A DNA stretch of 64,000 bases from the sequence record OQ718158.1; one strand, written 5' to 3'. The translations under genes and the position numbers were made by a program. This document shows positions 1 through 15,494 of this stretch, piece by piece; the stretch's first letter is position 1, and every line of letters begins with the position of its first letter. Under the pieces are notes generated by a model. It saw nothing but the letters and a program-made list of their open reading frames with translations, was not told where the DNA came from and made no database searches.

Positions 1-553
<553 letters not shown>

Positions 554-630
554 AATCTTATTGTTATTTTTATAAAGTATTTACCCAAATTTACGTTTTT
601 TTGATAGTTTATATGGAGTTAAAGTAATAA

Positions 631-1939
<1,309 letters not shown>

Positions 1940-1961
1940 AGTGTAATAATCAGTCGAGGGA

Positions 1962-3305
1962 ATGATGAGTAAAATCAAGCTTACGGATAAGCAACAAGAA
2001 ATTTTTGATAATTTTGTAGATCGTGTTTATAATTATGCAGGTAAAACTATATCTGTACTGTCAGCACCAGCGGGTACAGGTAAAACTTTCACTACTGCTG
2101 AGATTGTTAAAGCACTGTGTAAAAATTACAATATTGCAGTAACATCGCCAACACACAAGGCAAACTCTGTTATTCGCAATATGCTAATCAACAATGCTGG
2201 GTTAACTAAAGAAGATGCACAGGTTAGTACTATTCACTCATTTCTAGGTTTAAAACTAGTATATGAAAAGAATCGTCAAGTACTGAAGCATGACCCACAA
2301 AGTAAAGTTAGTAATACTAATGTTGATATTCTAATTGTCGATGAATGTAGTATGATTTCAGAAGAACTGTTTCAACACATTCAGGATCAATTGTGGCGTG
2401 TTCGCCGAGCGGTTTTATTCATCGGTGATCGCTGTCAGTTGCCTCCAGTTGAATCAGAAGGAACAATAGGAGAAACTAAGCTTTCCCCTGCTTTTGATGT
2501 TCCAGTACAATATGAATTAACAGAAGTTTTACGTCAAGCGTTGGATAACCCTATACTTGCAATTGCAACTGCAATCCGCGAGTGTATAGGTACTTCCAAG
2601 AACCCGTTTGATATTATGCACCAGACACATGGTCTGAGTACTATTACACCAATTGAAGATGAAGATCTTTTCTTGGAAGTTTACCGTGAATTCATTATGG
2701 AGAACAAAGGTTCAGCGAAGAAGATATTTGATTTTGTTAATGAAAATAAAATCTTGGCATACACCAACTACCGTGTGAACTTGGCTAACATCTACATTCG
2801 TAGCCAATTGTTTGAAGTACCAGAGGAATTCACAAAAGGTGAACCGATTGTCTTTGAAAGCATCACTGAGAACAGTCCATATGTGGTTCAACAAATCATC
2901 CAATGTCCTGATGTGAAAACCGAAAGTTTCATGGGTATTGATTGTTGGCAATTCCGTTTACCAAATGGTAGCTACATCTTAGGTGTAGGACCAGAAACGA
3001 GAATTGCAATGGAAGCTAAACTCGATGAACTAGTTAAAAACATTGAGAAAAAAGAAATCAACCCATTGACAAAGAAACCATATATGTGGCAAGATTACTA
3101 TGTGATTAAAAACAAATTACATATTATCAATTATCCTTATGCAACAACTGTTCACAAATCACAAGGAAGTACATTCGATAACATCTGGTTTGATACTGAT
3201 TTTATTGAGCGTATCGGAACTAACGATACAAAATGCAGAATCCTATACACTGCTATGACACGACCGCGTTACAATGTTATGTTGCGTCAGAATGCACGAT
3301 TCTAA
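1962..3305 (+). CDS. dda: Dda-like SF1B DNA helicase
   Basis: Walker A APAGTGKT, DECSMI, GDRCQLPPV, YATTVHKSQGSTF, LYTAMTR. Confidence 0.92.
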   Translation: MMSKIKLTDKQQEIFDNFVDRVYNYAGKTISVLSAPAGTGKTFTTAEIVKALCKNYNIAVTSPTHKANSVIRNMLINNAGLTKEDAQVSTIHSFLGLKLVYEKNRQVLKHDPQSKVSNTNVDILIVDECSMISEELFQHIQDQLWRVRRAVLFIGDRCQLPPVESEGTIGETKLSPAFDVPVQYELTEVLRQALDNPILAIATAIRECIGTSKNPFDIMHQTHGLSTITPIEDEDLFLEVYREFIMENKGSAKKIFDFVNENKILAYTNYRVNLANIYIRSQLFEVPEEFTKGEPIVFESITENSPYVVQQIIQCPDVKTESFMGIDCWQFRLPNGSYILGVGPETRIAMEAKLDELVKNIEKKEINPLTKKPYMWQDYYVIKNKLHIINYPYATTVHKSQGSTFDNIWFDTDFIERIGTNDTKCRILYTAMTRPRYNVMLRQNARF

Positions 3306-3388
3306 TAGACTAAATGATATACACAAATAATTTTGATTCTTAACAATAAATAATCAAAAGTGTTTTGTATTATGGAGAAGAATATACA

Positions 3389-3955
3389 ATGAACAATTTA
3401 CTACAAGTATTCAAAATTGAAGTTGCAGGGACAAATCTAGATAATATTCCTTATTATATGTATGAAGATTATGATTCATCTTCCCCAACAACTGCACCAA
3501 CCGACCAACAAACAATTGACAAGTCTGTAGCACTACTACGTTACCTACAGGTTACACGTCTACTATCAACTTATTCTGTCCCAGTGTATTGTACTGTTGA
3601 ATTTGCTACCCCAGGCACAGCAGCAACTATTCCAACTGGTGCAACCATCAATGTTGGTTATATCAGCTACGAGCCATTCCTAAGCACTCTAAGTGTTGAA
3701 GAACAAGCTGCACTAACCACTGTTGATCTTAAAACTGCTAAAGCAGCAGAAGTTATTCAAGAGTTGCTAAACGAATCCCTAAAAGGTGACGGTACTAACG
3801 CAATTGAGAATGAAGAAATTTCTGTACAGAAAACAATCCAACGTGATAAAGATGCACTATCTACCACCACTGTTGATTTCATTGAGTACGAGAATGTGTA
3901 CCTAAACGTACCTTCTATTACTGATGCTTCTGTAGTTTCTTACGTAAAATTATAA
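3389..3955 (+). CDS. Hypothetical protein, probably late/virion
   Basis: ORF with GGAG RBS, preceded by ATAAATA late-type motif near 3347; T/A/V-rich. Confidence 0.55.
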   Translation: MNNLLQVFKIEVAGTNLDNIPYYMYEDYDSSSPTTAPTDQQTIDKSVALLRYLQVTRLLSTYSVPVYCTVEFATPGTAATIPTGATINVGYISYEPFLSTLSVEEQAALTTVDLKTAKAAEVIQELLNESLKGDGTNAIENEEISVQKTIQRDKDALSTTTVDFIEYENVYLNVPSITDASVVSYVKL

Positions 3956-3978
3956 TTTAACCACATGGAGTTCTTGAC

Positions 3979-4173
3979 ATGACTGACAAAACCTTTTATG
4001 ATCGTATTATTGAAGACAAGGGTGTTTTCGATAAAGTAGTTTATGACTTAGAACTTATGATCAAAGATGCACCAAATCCACGCGTGCGTACTCAAGCAGA
4101 GTTTGCTAAAACTTATCTAGTGCAAGTTCAAGCAATCTGTGAAGCAATTAAAAAACATAATGATAGTGCTTGA
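3979..4173 (+). CDS. Hypothetical protein
   Basis: 64 aa ORF with GGAG RBS. Confidence 0.6.
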   Translation: MTDKTFYDRIIEDKGVFDKVVYDLELMIKDAPNPRVRTQAEFAKTYLVQVQAICEAIKKHNDSA

Positions 4174-4198
4174 CAGAACATTAGTTCTTAGCTATAAT
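4170..4198 (+). promoter_or_regulatory. Sigma70-type promoter
   Basis: TTGACA-N17-TATAAT upstream of infC. Confidence 0.85.
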
Positions 4199-4242
4199 TA
4201 CTATCGAATTAAACATTAAAACCATATCGGAGCTTTTATTAC

Positions 4243-5305
<1,063 letters not shown>

Positions 5306-5319
5306 CAGTATATAACCTA

Positions 5320-7485
<2,166 letters not shown>

Positions 7486-7486
<1 letters not shown>

Positions 7487-8280
7487 TGCCAAGTAAAAGT
7501 AAAAGCCAAGCGAAATTCTTCGCTGCTGCTGCCCATAATCCTGAATTCGCCAAAAAAGCAGGGATTTCACAAAGTGCAGCAAAAGAGTGGAATGCAGCCG
7601 ATGAAAAAGAGGGAAATCTTAAGAAAGGTTCAAAACTCCCTAATAAAGTAAAAGAATCTAGTATGCGTGGTTTGGTTGATATTGTACAAGATGCAGAATT
7701 AGCTGATACAGAAGACAGAACTAGTGATATAATGGATTCATGTGAAGAAGACCATAAAGAGAAATTGGAAGAAATGCCACAACGTTTCGATAGTTTCCAA
7801 GGCCAAGACCGTGACGAGTTCGTTGACAAAACTGCCGAGATGACAGGTAAGCACAACATGGTTAAGTTCGCAGAACACAAAGATTATGATGTGTTTATGA
7901 ATAAGAATGGTACTGGGTTTATTGCCTATGATAAAGCGGGTAAACAGCTTGCTATCGTTAGTGGACATTTGTCGAATGATGCAGTGGTTGGTGTACCACA
8001 AGTGTTTGAGATTTCTGCTACGGCCTCTAAAACTGGTACTAAAGGTATCATCTATAATATCTTTATGGATATGGTTTCTCATGGTATTAAAGTACTAAGT
8101 GACAGTCTTCACACAGATGATGCAATTAAATTCTGGACCCGATTGATTGGTTCACACCAAGTCTACATTGTGGGTGGTGGTGAAGTATTGGCTAAGGCTA
8201 GTCCAGAGAAGGTTCACAAGTACTGGAGTGATGATGAATTTAGTCCTAGTGCTGAATTACAATTACTTCTGGTAAAATAA
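7486..8280 (+). CDS. Hypothetical phage protein; C-terminal part possibly GNAT-like
   Basis: N-terminal MPSKSKSQAKFFAAAAHNPEFAKK phage motif; C-terminal LSDSLHTDDAIKFW. Confidence 0.55.
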
Positions 8281-8284
8281 TAAT

Positions 8285-8316
8285 TGTCGGGGCATTTAAT
8301 GTCCCGATATTTTTTT
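8285..8316 (+). terminator. Rho-independent terminator
   Basis: TCGGGGCAT-TTA-ATGTCCCGA plus T-run. Confidence 0.8.
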
Positions 8317-8344
8317 GAGACAAACAAAGCATTGATGATACAAT
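8317..8344 (+). promoter_or_regulatory. Class-II promoter GRRACA-N16-TAYAAT with TG extension
   Basis: GAGACA-N13-TGA-TACAAT upstream of the topoisomerase; same geometry at 38978, 43385, 59237. Confidence 0.6.
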
Positions 8345-8379
8345 GTTGCATGACAAAGAGACATTAAAAAGGAATTCAA

Positions 8380-10344
8380 ATGGCTAAGAAAGAAAGTGCT
8401 GTTCTTCAGGAACATGATGTACAACGTCTAAACGATTATCAACATGCTCGCTTACGTACTGAGATGTATCTGGGTTCACGTTCTGTTCACGAAAGTCAAG
8501 TACTGATCTTTGGTGAGTCTGGATATGAAGTTAAAAACGTTGAGTGGGTTCCTGCAATTCTAACTGCTACTCGTGAAATTATCGATAACAGCTTAGATGA
8601 ATTTAAAAAAGCTGGAACAAAAGAGCCAGTACTCAAAGTTGATTTCAATGAAGAAGAGTTATCCTTTGAGATCAGTGATAATGGTCGTGGTATTCCAATT
8701 GACTATGTTCCTGAGTATCAGAAAAATCTATGTACAATGGTAATGACTGAAACTAAAACTGGTCGCAACTTTGATGACTCGAAGCGTGATGAAACAATCG
8801 GTCAGAATGGATTGGGTGGTTCAGTTGCAATGATTGTAAGTTCTAAAGCTGAACTTGAAATCCATCGCCAAGGTCGCCCGTATAAAACACAAAGTAGCAA
8901 TGACGGATATGACGGTTTTTATAAGTTCAATCAGAAGTTCGAAGAAGGAACTATTATGTTTCCTGAACTTCATGTACATGAACCAACTATTCGTAAGGTT
9001 CAAGCAGATAAGACTGGAACAACAATTCGCTTCACTCTGAGTTCTGAGGTATTTCCGAACCGTAAACTACCAACCGAATTGCTATACAGTATTTTGAAAG
9101 AAATGTCTGCTGCTAACCCTACCTATAAGATTTTCCTTAACGGTAAGCGTATTGCAATTAAAGGAACTACTGAAAAAGCACTATTCAACGCATCTAAACT
9201 GATGCAATTGAACGTTAAAGATGAATCATTCAACTTTAACAGTACTTTCTACATTGTTCCTAATGCAGTATCGGGTATGAACACTAACTTCCATATGCAT
9301 GGTTTGGTTAACAATGCCCCAGCATTTGATGGTGGTACACATCTTGATACATTCAAGAAATTCTTCTCATTAGGAGTAGGAACTGCTCTAGAGAAAGAAT
9401 CAAAGAAACGCAAGATGAAACCTAACCGCTCTGATATTGAAGAAGGTCTGTTGATTTATAACGTAACAACGATGAAAGCACCATCATTCAACTCACAGAT
9501 TAAATCAAAACTAACTAACGAAAACGTTATTCGTCCAATTCAACAAGCGATGAATTCTGAATGGTTCGATGAATTAGTCAAGAAGAACAAAGAGTGGATT
9601 GATGAAATTTTTGAACGCTGTGCTGCTCGTACCAACAAGAAAGATGCAGAAGAAGATCGCCGTCTAGCTAAAAAACTACTGAAAGGTAAAGTTGCAAAAC
9701 TACTTGACAGTACTGGCACAGATCGTTCCACCTGCATCCTACTAATTGCTGAGGGTGATTCTGCTATTTCCAACATGGCAAGTGCTCGTGATCCTAAAGT
9801 TCATGGTATTCTACCATTGCGTGGTAAGATTATGAACGTCAGTGGTAATGAGAAAACCAAAGAATTAATGGATTCAATGGCATTGCATGATATAATGGCG
9901 AGTATCAACCTGATTCCTGGTGTAAAAGCGGAAAGAGCAGACCTTAACTATGGTAAGCTTTATATCTGTGCCGATGAAGATGAGGATGGAAAGAACATTG
10001 GTGCTTTAGTATGTAACTTCCTATACAAATTCTGGCCTGAACTATTCCAAGACCCAGAGAATCCATTTGTGTATATATTCAAAACACCATTCATCATTCT
10101 AGAGAAAGGCAAGGAATCCAAGTACTACTATGGTCATGATGTACATGAATACAACCCAGATGATTGGAAAGGTTGGAAAGCAACCCGTGCGAAAGGATTG
10201 GGTACGTTAGAAAAAGCAAACTTCCGTGATGCATTCACTAACAGTGTTGCAGTAGCGATTACTGATGATGGACGTCTTGGTGAAACACTTGATTTGATTT
10301 TCAACAAGAAACGTGCAGATGATCGTAAGAACTGGATGGAATAA
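8380..10344 (+). CDS. Type II DNA topoisomerase large ATPase/TOPRIM subunit (T4 gp39+gp60-like, fused)
   Basis: HARLRTEMYLGS, EIIDNSLDE, DNGRGIP, GQNGLGG, IAEGDSA, PLRGKIMNV, DEDEDG, KGLGT. Confidence 0.95.
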   Translation: MAKKESAVLQEHDVQRLNDYQHARLRTEMYLGSRSVHESQVLIFGESGYEVKNVEWVPAILTATREIIDNSLDEFKKAGTKEPVLKVDFNEEELSFEISDNGRGIPIDYVPEYQKNLCTMVMTETKTGRNFDDSKRDETIGQNGLGGSVAMIVSSKAELEIHRQGRPYKTQSSNDGYDGFYKFNQKFEEGTIMFPELHVHEPTIRKVQADKTGTTIRFTLSSEVFPNRKLPTELLYSILKEMSAANPTYKIFLNGKRIAIKGTTEKALFNASKLMQLNVKDESFNFNSTFYIVPNAVSGMNTNFHMHGLVNNAPAFDGGTHLDTFKKFFSLGVGTALEKESKKRKMKPNRSDIEEGLLIYNVTTMKAPSFNSQIKSKLTNENVIRPIQQAMNSEWFDELVKKNKEWIDEIFERCAARTNKKDAEEDRRLAKKLLKGKVAKLLDSTGTDRSTCILLIAEGDSAISNMASARDPKVHGILPLRGKIMNVSGNEKTKELMDSMALHDIMASINLIPGVKAERADLNYGKLYICADEDEDGKNIGALVCNFLYKFWPELFQDPENPFVYIFKTPFIILEKGKESKYYYGHDVHEYNPDDWKGWKATRAKGLGTLEKANFRDAFTNSVAVAITDDGRLGETLDLIFNKKRADDRKNWME

Positions 10345-10355
10345 TATAGATTAAT

Positions 10356-10378
10356 GGGGAACATGGTGTTCCCCTTTT
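10356..10378 (+). terminator. Hairpin/terminator between the topoisomerase genes
   Basis: GGGGAACA-TGG-TGTTCCCC-TTTT. Confidence 0.7.
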
Positions 10379-10394
10379 ACAAAGAGACAATGGA

Positions 10395-11807
10395 ATGGCT
10401 AAAAGTAAAAAAACCGAAAATCAAAGCATCGATAACCAAACACTAACTCTACTAGATTATAACAGTTCTGATTATGTGAATACCACATCACTAGAATATT
10501 CAATGTACACACTAGACCGTGCAATCCCTGGGATTGATGGCCTTAAGAGTTCACAGCGTAAAGCAATCTTCACCCTCTCAAAAGTTAGTGGTGAAATCAA
10601 AACTGTATCATGTGCTGGTAAAATGATTAGTGATGGTATCTATCTACACGGTGATACATCTGCATCTGGTACTCTTCAGAACCTAGCATCACCAGTCGTA
10701 AACAACTACCCACTCATTGGTAAACGTGGTGGTTTTGGTACACAAGTAAACAGTACTCCAGCTTCTGCTCGTTATACTTATGTTAAAAAGAATAAAAGTA
10801 CTGAAATGTTAGTACTACGTGACTCTGACATTATTCCAATGAAAGAGAACTATGATGGTACTACAATGGAACCAAGTTTCTTTTTACCTATTATCCCACT
10901 ATCTTTGTTTGGTAACGATAGTATGTCAGTAGGTTATAAGAGTACAATTCTACCACATAAGATTGAAGATGTTATTGATAACTGTATTCGTGCTATTGAT
11001 AAAAAACCATTAAAAGAAATGACTCCATACTATGTTTCATGTGGTGCAAGTGATATAGTAACTAAGCTTGATGAAAACAAATATGAGTTCTATGGTAAAG
11101 CACAAGTAATTGATGCAAGTACTGTTAAAGTAACAGGTCTACCACCTAACTACAGTATTGAGAAATTCATCGAGAAACTCATTAAGATGAGCGATGATGG
11201 TGATATTCGTGATTATGATAATGATAGTACTGATGTTATTGATATTACAATCAAATTACCACGCGGAACATCTGCTAAATGGGTGGAGAAAGATGTAATT
11301 GAATACTTTGGCATTCATAAGAAGATGACACAAATCCTAACTGTTCTAGGTGAGAATGGTAAGGTTAAAGTCTATGATAACACAATGGATTTGATTAAGG
11401 ACTTTGTTGAATTCCGTTTCAAATACTATGTGAAACGCTATGAGAAGAAACTTGATGATTGTGCTGCTGAAGTACGTTATAAGATTCTAATCAAAGAATG
11501 TTTTGATAATGATATGATTGCTAAGGTTAAGGGTTTTGCTAACCGTTCAGAAATGGTTGAGTTTGTTAAATCATTAAACACTGAAATCGAAGCAACCGAT
11601 GAGAATATTCAAAGCATCGTAAACTTCCCATCATATCGTTGGACCCAAGACAATTATCAATCAGTACTAGCTGATATTCAACATAACTTGGATTTAATGG
11701 ATGAATATAACAATCTCCTGTCGAATCATGATTTGATTTGGAACATCTATAAAGATGAGTTGAAAGAACTACGTAAGATTGACTTCACGCCAAAAACTGA
11801 AGATTGA
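10395..11807 (+). CDS. Type II DNA topoisomerase breakage-reunion subunit (T4 gp52/GyrA-like)
   Basis: RAIPGIDGLKSSQRK, YLHGDTS, GGFGT, ASARYT with catalytic Tyr, YDGTTMEP. Confidence 0.95.
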   Translation: MAKSKKTENQSIDNQTLTLLDYNSSDYVNTTSLEYSMYTLDRAIPGIDGLKSSQRKAIFTLSKVSGEIKTVSCAGKMISDGIYLHGDTSASGTLQNLASPVVNNYPLIGKRGGFGTQVNSTPASARYTYVKKNKSTEMLVLRDSDIIPMKENYDGTTMEPSFFLPIIPLSLFGNDSMSVGYKSTILPHKIEDVIDNCIRAIDKKPLKEMTPYYVSCGASDIVTKLDENKYEFYGKAQVIDASTVKVTGLPPNYSIEKFIEKLIKMSDDGDIRDYDNDSTDVIDITIKLPRGTSAKWVEKDVIEYFGIHKKMTQILTVLGENGKVKVYDNTMDLIKDFVEFRFKYYVKRYEKKLDDCAAEVRYKILIKECFDNDMIAKVKGFANRSEMVEFVKSLNTEIEATDENIQSIVNFPSYRWTQDNYQSVLADIQHNLDLMDEYNNLLSNHDLIWNIYKDELKELRKIDFTPKTED

Positions 11808-11814
11808 TTATAAA

Positions 11815-11848
11815 CAGGGAAGACCTTTATGGGTCTTCCTTGTCCTTT
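11815..11848 (+). terminator. Rho-independent terminator
   Basis: CAGGGAAGACC...GGTCTTCCTTG. Confidence 0.7.
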
Positions 11849-11849
11849 A

Positions 11850-11857
11850 TATAAATA
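11850..11857 (+). promoter_or_regulatory. T4-type late promoter
   Basis: TATAAATA ahead of a probable structural gene; ATAAATA variants near 3347, 5344 and at 53489-53495 on the minus strand. Confidence 0.6.
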
Positions 11858-11895
11858 ATCTATAGATAATGGTAGCTTGGCTATGGAGAATTATA

Positions 11896-14292
11896 ATGAC
11901 AACTTTTACCCCTAGATGGGATATAAAAGCCGATGCTCGATATATACAAGAAGGACAAGACATTCTTGTGCGTTTGAGTATCAACAAAGAAACCACAACG
12001 GATGATAGTTATATACTTAATGAAAACGAATACTTAGAGATGATTCTAACTATTCAGGGTTTGGACAGTTCTGATGCAGTATTTCAACCAGAAGATCACT
12101 ACGCAGTGTATGTTGGTAATGATGAATCTAATCTCACACCTATATCATCAGGTATTACTGGTAACAAGTTGATTAATGGTAAGCACAAATGTAAAATTGA
12201 TAAAACTCAATTTGATCTATCGGCAAGCACTAATACCGAAGATGTTTATTTTATTAAATTGCATTGTAAAGATGATGGTACATTTAACAACTCTGAACAG
12301 ATTAACTTCTATCTTCAAGCAGTAAATGTTATGTACTATGGTAACATTTCCCCTAGTGGTGAAATTGGTTCAAATGAAGTAACAATTGAATATGATAGTC
12401 AGGAAGTGTGGGTTACTCCTGGAATCGAAATCGGTGATGATGACAAATTATATTGTATTGGTGATATTGAATACGGTTCCAACAGTACTTTATTTGTACA
12501 GGGATTTGGTCGTCGTCGTCCATTTATTTTAGGAACTGATACATCAACTGACCTATCTCCTAGAGTATTTTATCCAGCGTATCGTCTACTCGATATGACC
12601 CCAGCAGAAGTTCCTGTACGCCACATCACTGATGATTATGCAATCCTACGTCCTATTGATAATATATGGCCTGTATTTGGTATTAATAAAGAAATTAAGG
12701 TTAATATTCAAACTAGCTCTGGAGAGTTACTAGATTCAGGATTGGTTTTCAACCCAAATGGACAATTTCTGCAAACATTCCTATATGACTCTGATGCATG
12801 TGATGCATATTTCAAAGTTGAAATTGTTGATATTTTGAGTACATATAGTTATGACACTGACCGCTTCGCTATAAACCAACGTTTCAAAGCATATCAAATG
12901 TGGGTATGTCCAGACAATGTAGATGGTATATACGCTGATGGTGATAAACCTTTACCTAATCATTTGTATCAGTTGAAAGATAACGTTGTATATCCATATG
13001 TAATCTCTGGTGAATATGATCTAGGTGAAACAAAGCCAGTGTTTAAAAGTTCAGATTGGATTGATTTAGGATATTATGATTCAAGCTTAGGTGAGAATAT
13101 TATAGGTGAAGAGAAGATGTTCCGTGTTCTAGTGAACGCAGAAGAAGGAAACTCAATAGACTTCACAACTGATAGTGATTTAGGTAGTATTCATGTGGGT
13201 GAATATTTCGGTCACAGTACTTATCCACAAATACAAACTACCAGTACTAATCAGGTATCTTATGTATTAGATGGTGGACCTGATGATATTCGCAAATATG
13301 GTTTGGACCTCACCGCAGATGGGTTCTTGGTCGGGACGGCATATGCAAAAAGTTTAGATTTCAGTGCAAATGATGATATAAATTTAGAATTCAACATCAA
13401 AGCATATGACACTGAAGGTGGTGTTGCGTCCAAGTTATTTAAACTTAAAATTGTACGTGGTTTTGGACAAAACTACTTAAGTGCACATATTGTACCTTCT
13501 GTTTATTTTGAACGTGAATGGTTTAAGTGTATTAGTACACCATCATTTACAAATCAAGCTTTCCATCGCCAATCAGATGATAGATACGGGTTACAAAAAG
13601 TACCACGTATTTTATTAAAAGAAAACTTTTTGAGTCAGAACTATACTTACACTACGTTGAGTGATATTAAAAAAGTACTTAGGGAAAATATCATAAACCA
13701 AACTGGTGCAACTATACCTGATGGAAAATTTAGAATGGTAATGGGCAACTATAAAGTAATGTCAGCACTTGACAACCAAGGTAACTTGCAGTATGATATA
13801 TTATACCGTGAAGTTTTACCAGCAGGTTCATTGGTGTCAGTTTCTAAGAATCCAAGAAGTTACACGCAAATTGATAACGGAACACTCGGTGAAATATTTG
13901 GCTTGCGTCAAAATATTTTTGCAGCAATTGGCGAAGACACAACTAACCTTGTGAAAGACCCAACTGATTTACAGAACCGTGGTTTGTATGTAGATGCTAT
14001 ACCTGGAATTTCTGATGAGATGCTAGATACTGTTCCTCGCTTCATGAATCACCCATACGAAGAAGATGGAGTTAAAAAGAAATTCATGCCAATCATTCCA
14101 GTTGCATACTGTGCACCAGGAAAGGGTGAAGCATTCTTTAACACTTTACTTCAGAACAATGAACATGGTAAGATGGTTGGTGTTGAGTTTGAAATCACAG
14201 GAGTTGAATTTGGATTCTTTGCACATGAATTCGAAAACTACGTTCATGATACATTTTTGATTTCATTACAAAACAGCAATTTAGGAGGATGA
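11896..14292 (+). CDS. Large putative virion structural protein (baseplate/tail-like)
   Basis: About 800 aa, beta-rich composition, late promoter upstream; no catalytic motif seen. Confidence 0.5.
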   Translation: MTTFTPRWDIKADARYIQEGQDILVRLSINKETTTDDSYILNENEYLEMILTIQGLDSSDAVFQPEDHYAVYVGNDESNLTPISSGITGNKLINGKHKCKIDKTQFDLSASTNTEDVYFIKLHCKDDGTFNNSEQINFYLQAVNVMYYGNISPSGEIGSNEVTIEYDSQEVWVTPGIEIGDDDKLYCIGDIEYGSNSTLFVQGFGRRRPFILGTDTSTDLSPRVFYPAYRLLDMTPAEVPVRHITDDYAILRPIDNIWPVFGINKEIKVNIQTSSGELLDSGLVFNPNGQFLQTFLYDSDACDAYFKVEIVDILSTYSYDTDRFAINQRFKAYQMWVCPDNVDGIYADGDKPLPNHLYQLKDNVVYPYVISGEYDLGETKPVFKSSDWIDLGYYDSSLGENIIGEEKMFRVLVNAEEGNSIDFTTDSDLGSIHVGEYFGHSTYPQIQTTSTNQVSYVLDGGPDDIRKYGLDLTADGFLVGTAYAKSLDFSANDDINLEFNIKAYDTEGGVASKLFKLKIVRGFGQNYLSAHIVPSVYFEREWFKCISTPSFTNQAFHRQSDDRYGLQKVPRILLKENFLSQNYTYTTLSDIKKVLRENIINQTGATIPDGKFRMVMGNYKVMSALDNQGNLQYDILYREVLPAGSLVSVSKNPRSYTQIDNGTLGEIFGLRQNIFAAIGEDTTNLVKDPTDLQNRGLYVDAIPGISDEMLDTVPRFMNHPYEEDGVKKKFMPIIPVAYCAPGKGEAFFNTLLQNNEHGKMVGVEFEITGVEFGFFAHEFENYVHDTFLISLQNSNLGG

Positions 14293-14293
14293 T

Positions 14294-14605
14294 ATGTTCA
14301 ATCCATTTTTTGATCCATCAACCATGACCGAGAAAGAGTTACAATTGAAAATTAACGAACAATCGATGCGTATTACGTCTGCTCGTGCAGCAGGTATGAG
14401 TGATATGATTGTTGGTAACATGCAAACCGTTCTGAATCAGTGCTATGCTGAATTAGAGATTCGTCAGGGACAAAAAGAAAAAACCTCCTATGATGAGCAA
14501 GACCCATGTATATTTGACATGAACTCTTACTTAACGGATAACGAAGAGGATCAGAAGAAGAAAAATGAAAGTACAAGGAAACAGATTTATAAGTCCCAAT
14601 GGTGA
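14294..14605 (+). CDS. Hypothetical protein
   Basis: 103 aa, GGAGG RBS. Confidence 0.7.
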   Translation: MFNPFFDPSTMTEKELQLKINEQSMRITSARAAGMSDMIVGNMQTVLNQCYAELEIRQGQKEKTSYDEQDPCIFDMNSYLTDNEEDQKKKNESTRKQIYKSQW

Positions 14606-15083
14606 TGTAAAATGTAACCTTAATGCAGTCGTGTATGCAATCAACTGTGGTGCAGATATTCAGTACTTACAGCTACAGGAGATTGACGAACCGGAACGAT
14701 TGAAATTTAACGATAATTGTAAAAAATTTGGTTTAGAACAGCGTATGCTGGATTATACAATAGAACATGATAAAAACCATGAGCTATGGCGTTATGATCC
14801 AGTGTACGATAACATCAACTTGCGTGAGTACTTTTTACAGAAATGTACATCGGATGAAGCCCGTGAACGTGTAATGTATGAGATTGATTTGTTTGAACAT
14901 TACAACATGACTAAGCTTTTAAGATGTATGATCTGGTTAGTTGATTATATGGAAGAGCACAATATTTTTTGGGGTCTTGGGCGTGGTAGTTCAGTGGCTT
15001 CGTATTGTTTGTTCCTGATTGATTTGCATATGGTTGATTCTTTGAAGTATAAACTAGATGTAAATGAATTTTTGAAATGGTAG
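14565..15083 (+). CDS. Stand-alone fragment of DNA polymerase III alpha (DnaE)-like protein
   Basis: ARERVMYEIDLF...LRCMIWLVDYMEEHNIFWGLGRGSSVASYCLFLIDLHMVDSLKYKLDVNEFL mirrors DnaE [34 protein letters not shown]. Confidence 0.8.
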   Translation: MKVQGNRFISPNGDVKCNLNAVVYAINCGADIQYLQLQEIDEPERLKFNDNCKKFGLEQRMLDYTIEHDKNHELWRYDPVYDNINLREYFLQKCTSDEARERVMYEIDLFEHYNMTKLLRCMIWLVDYMEEHNIFWGLGRGSSVASYCLFLIDLHMVDSLKYKLDVNEFLKW

Positions 15084-15146
15084 AAAAACATGTGATATAA
15101 TGTTGTTTGAGGCGTTATATCACTCACATAGAAAAAGGATTTTTAT

Positions 15147-15491
15147 ATGTCAAAACACACAACTTATCGTGGAACCACCATTGATATGGATATGCTAAAG
15201 TATCAAAACCAGCACCAAGTAGCACTAGGTAATGCAAACCTAAATGCTCGTGGTGATAAGATTGGTTCAGGTGGTACGGTTATTAAAACCCGTGAAGAAC
15301 TAATCCAAGAAAAAGAACGTGAAATGCAAATTCCTGATTTCATTCCTGAACACCAACTTCACAGTGCTGAATATAGTACTGAAGAAGTATGGGATGATGA
15401 AAGCTTTGAAGTTCAACCACAAGAACCAGAAGTTGAAGTATCTGAAGAGAAGAAAGCTCCACGCCGAGCAAAAACTAAAGATCAGGAGTAA
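15147..15491 (+). CDS. Hypothetical protein
   Basis: 114 aa, AAGGA RBS, acidic C-terminus. Confidence 0.7.
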   Translation: MSKHTTYRGTTIDMDMLKYQNQHQVALGNANLNARGDKIGSGGTVIKTREELIQEKEREMQIPDFIPEHQLHSAEYSTEEVWDDESFEVQPQEPEVEVSEEKKAPRRAKTKDQE

Positions 15492-15494
15492 TTC

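Noticed and set aside
8380-11807. Intron, intein or programmed bypass in the topoisomerase genes (as in T4 gene 60)
   Set aside because: Both ORFs are continuous and of normal length.
14565-15083. Split-intein DnaE as in cyanobacteria
   Set aside because: No Cys/Ser-initiated intein N-domain follows the polymerase segment; the ORF ends at FLKW.
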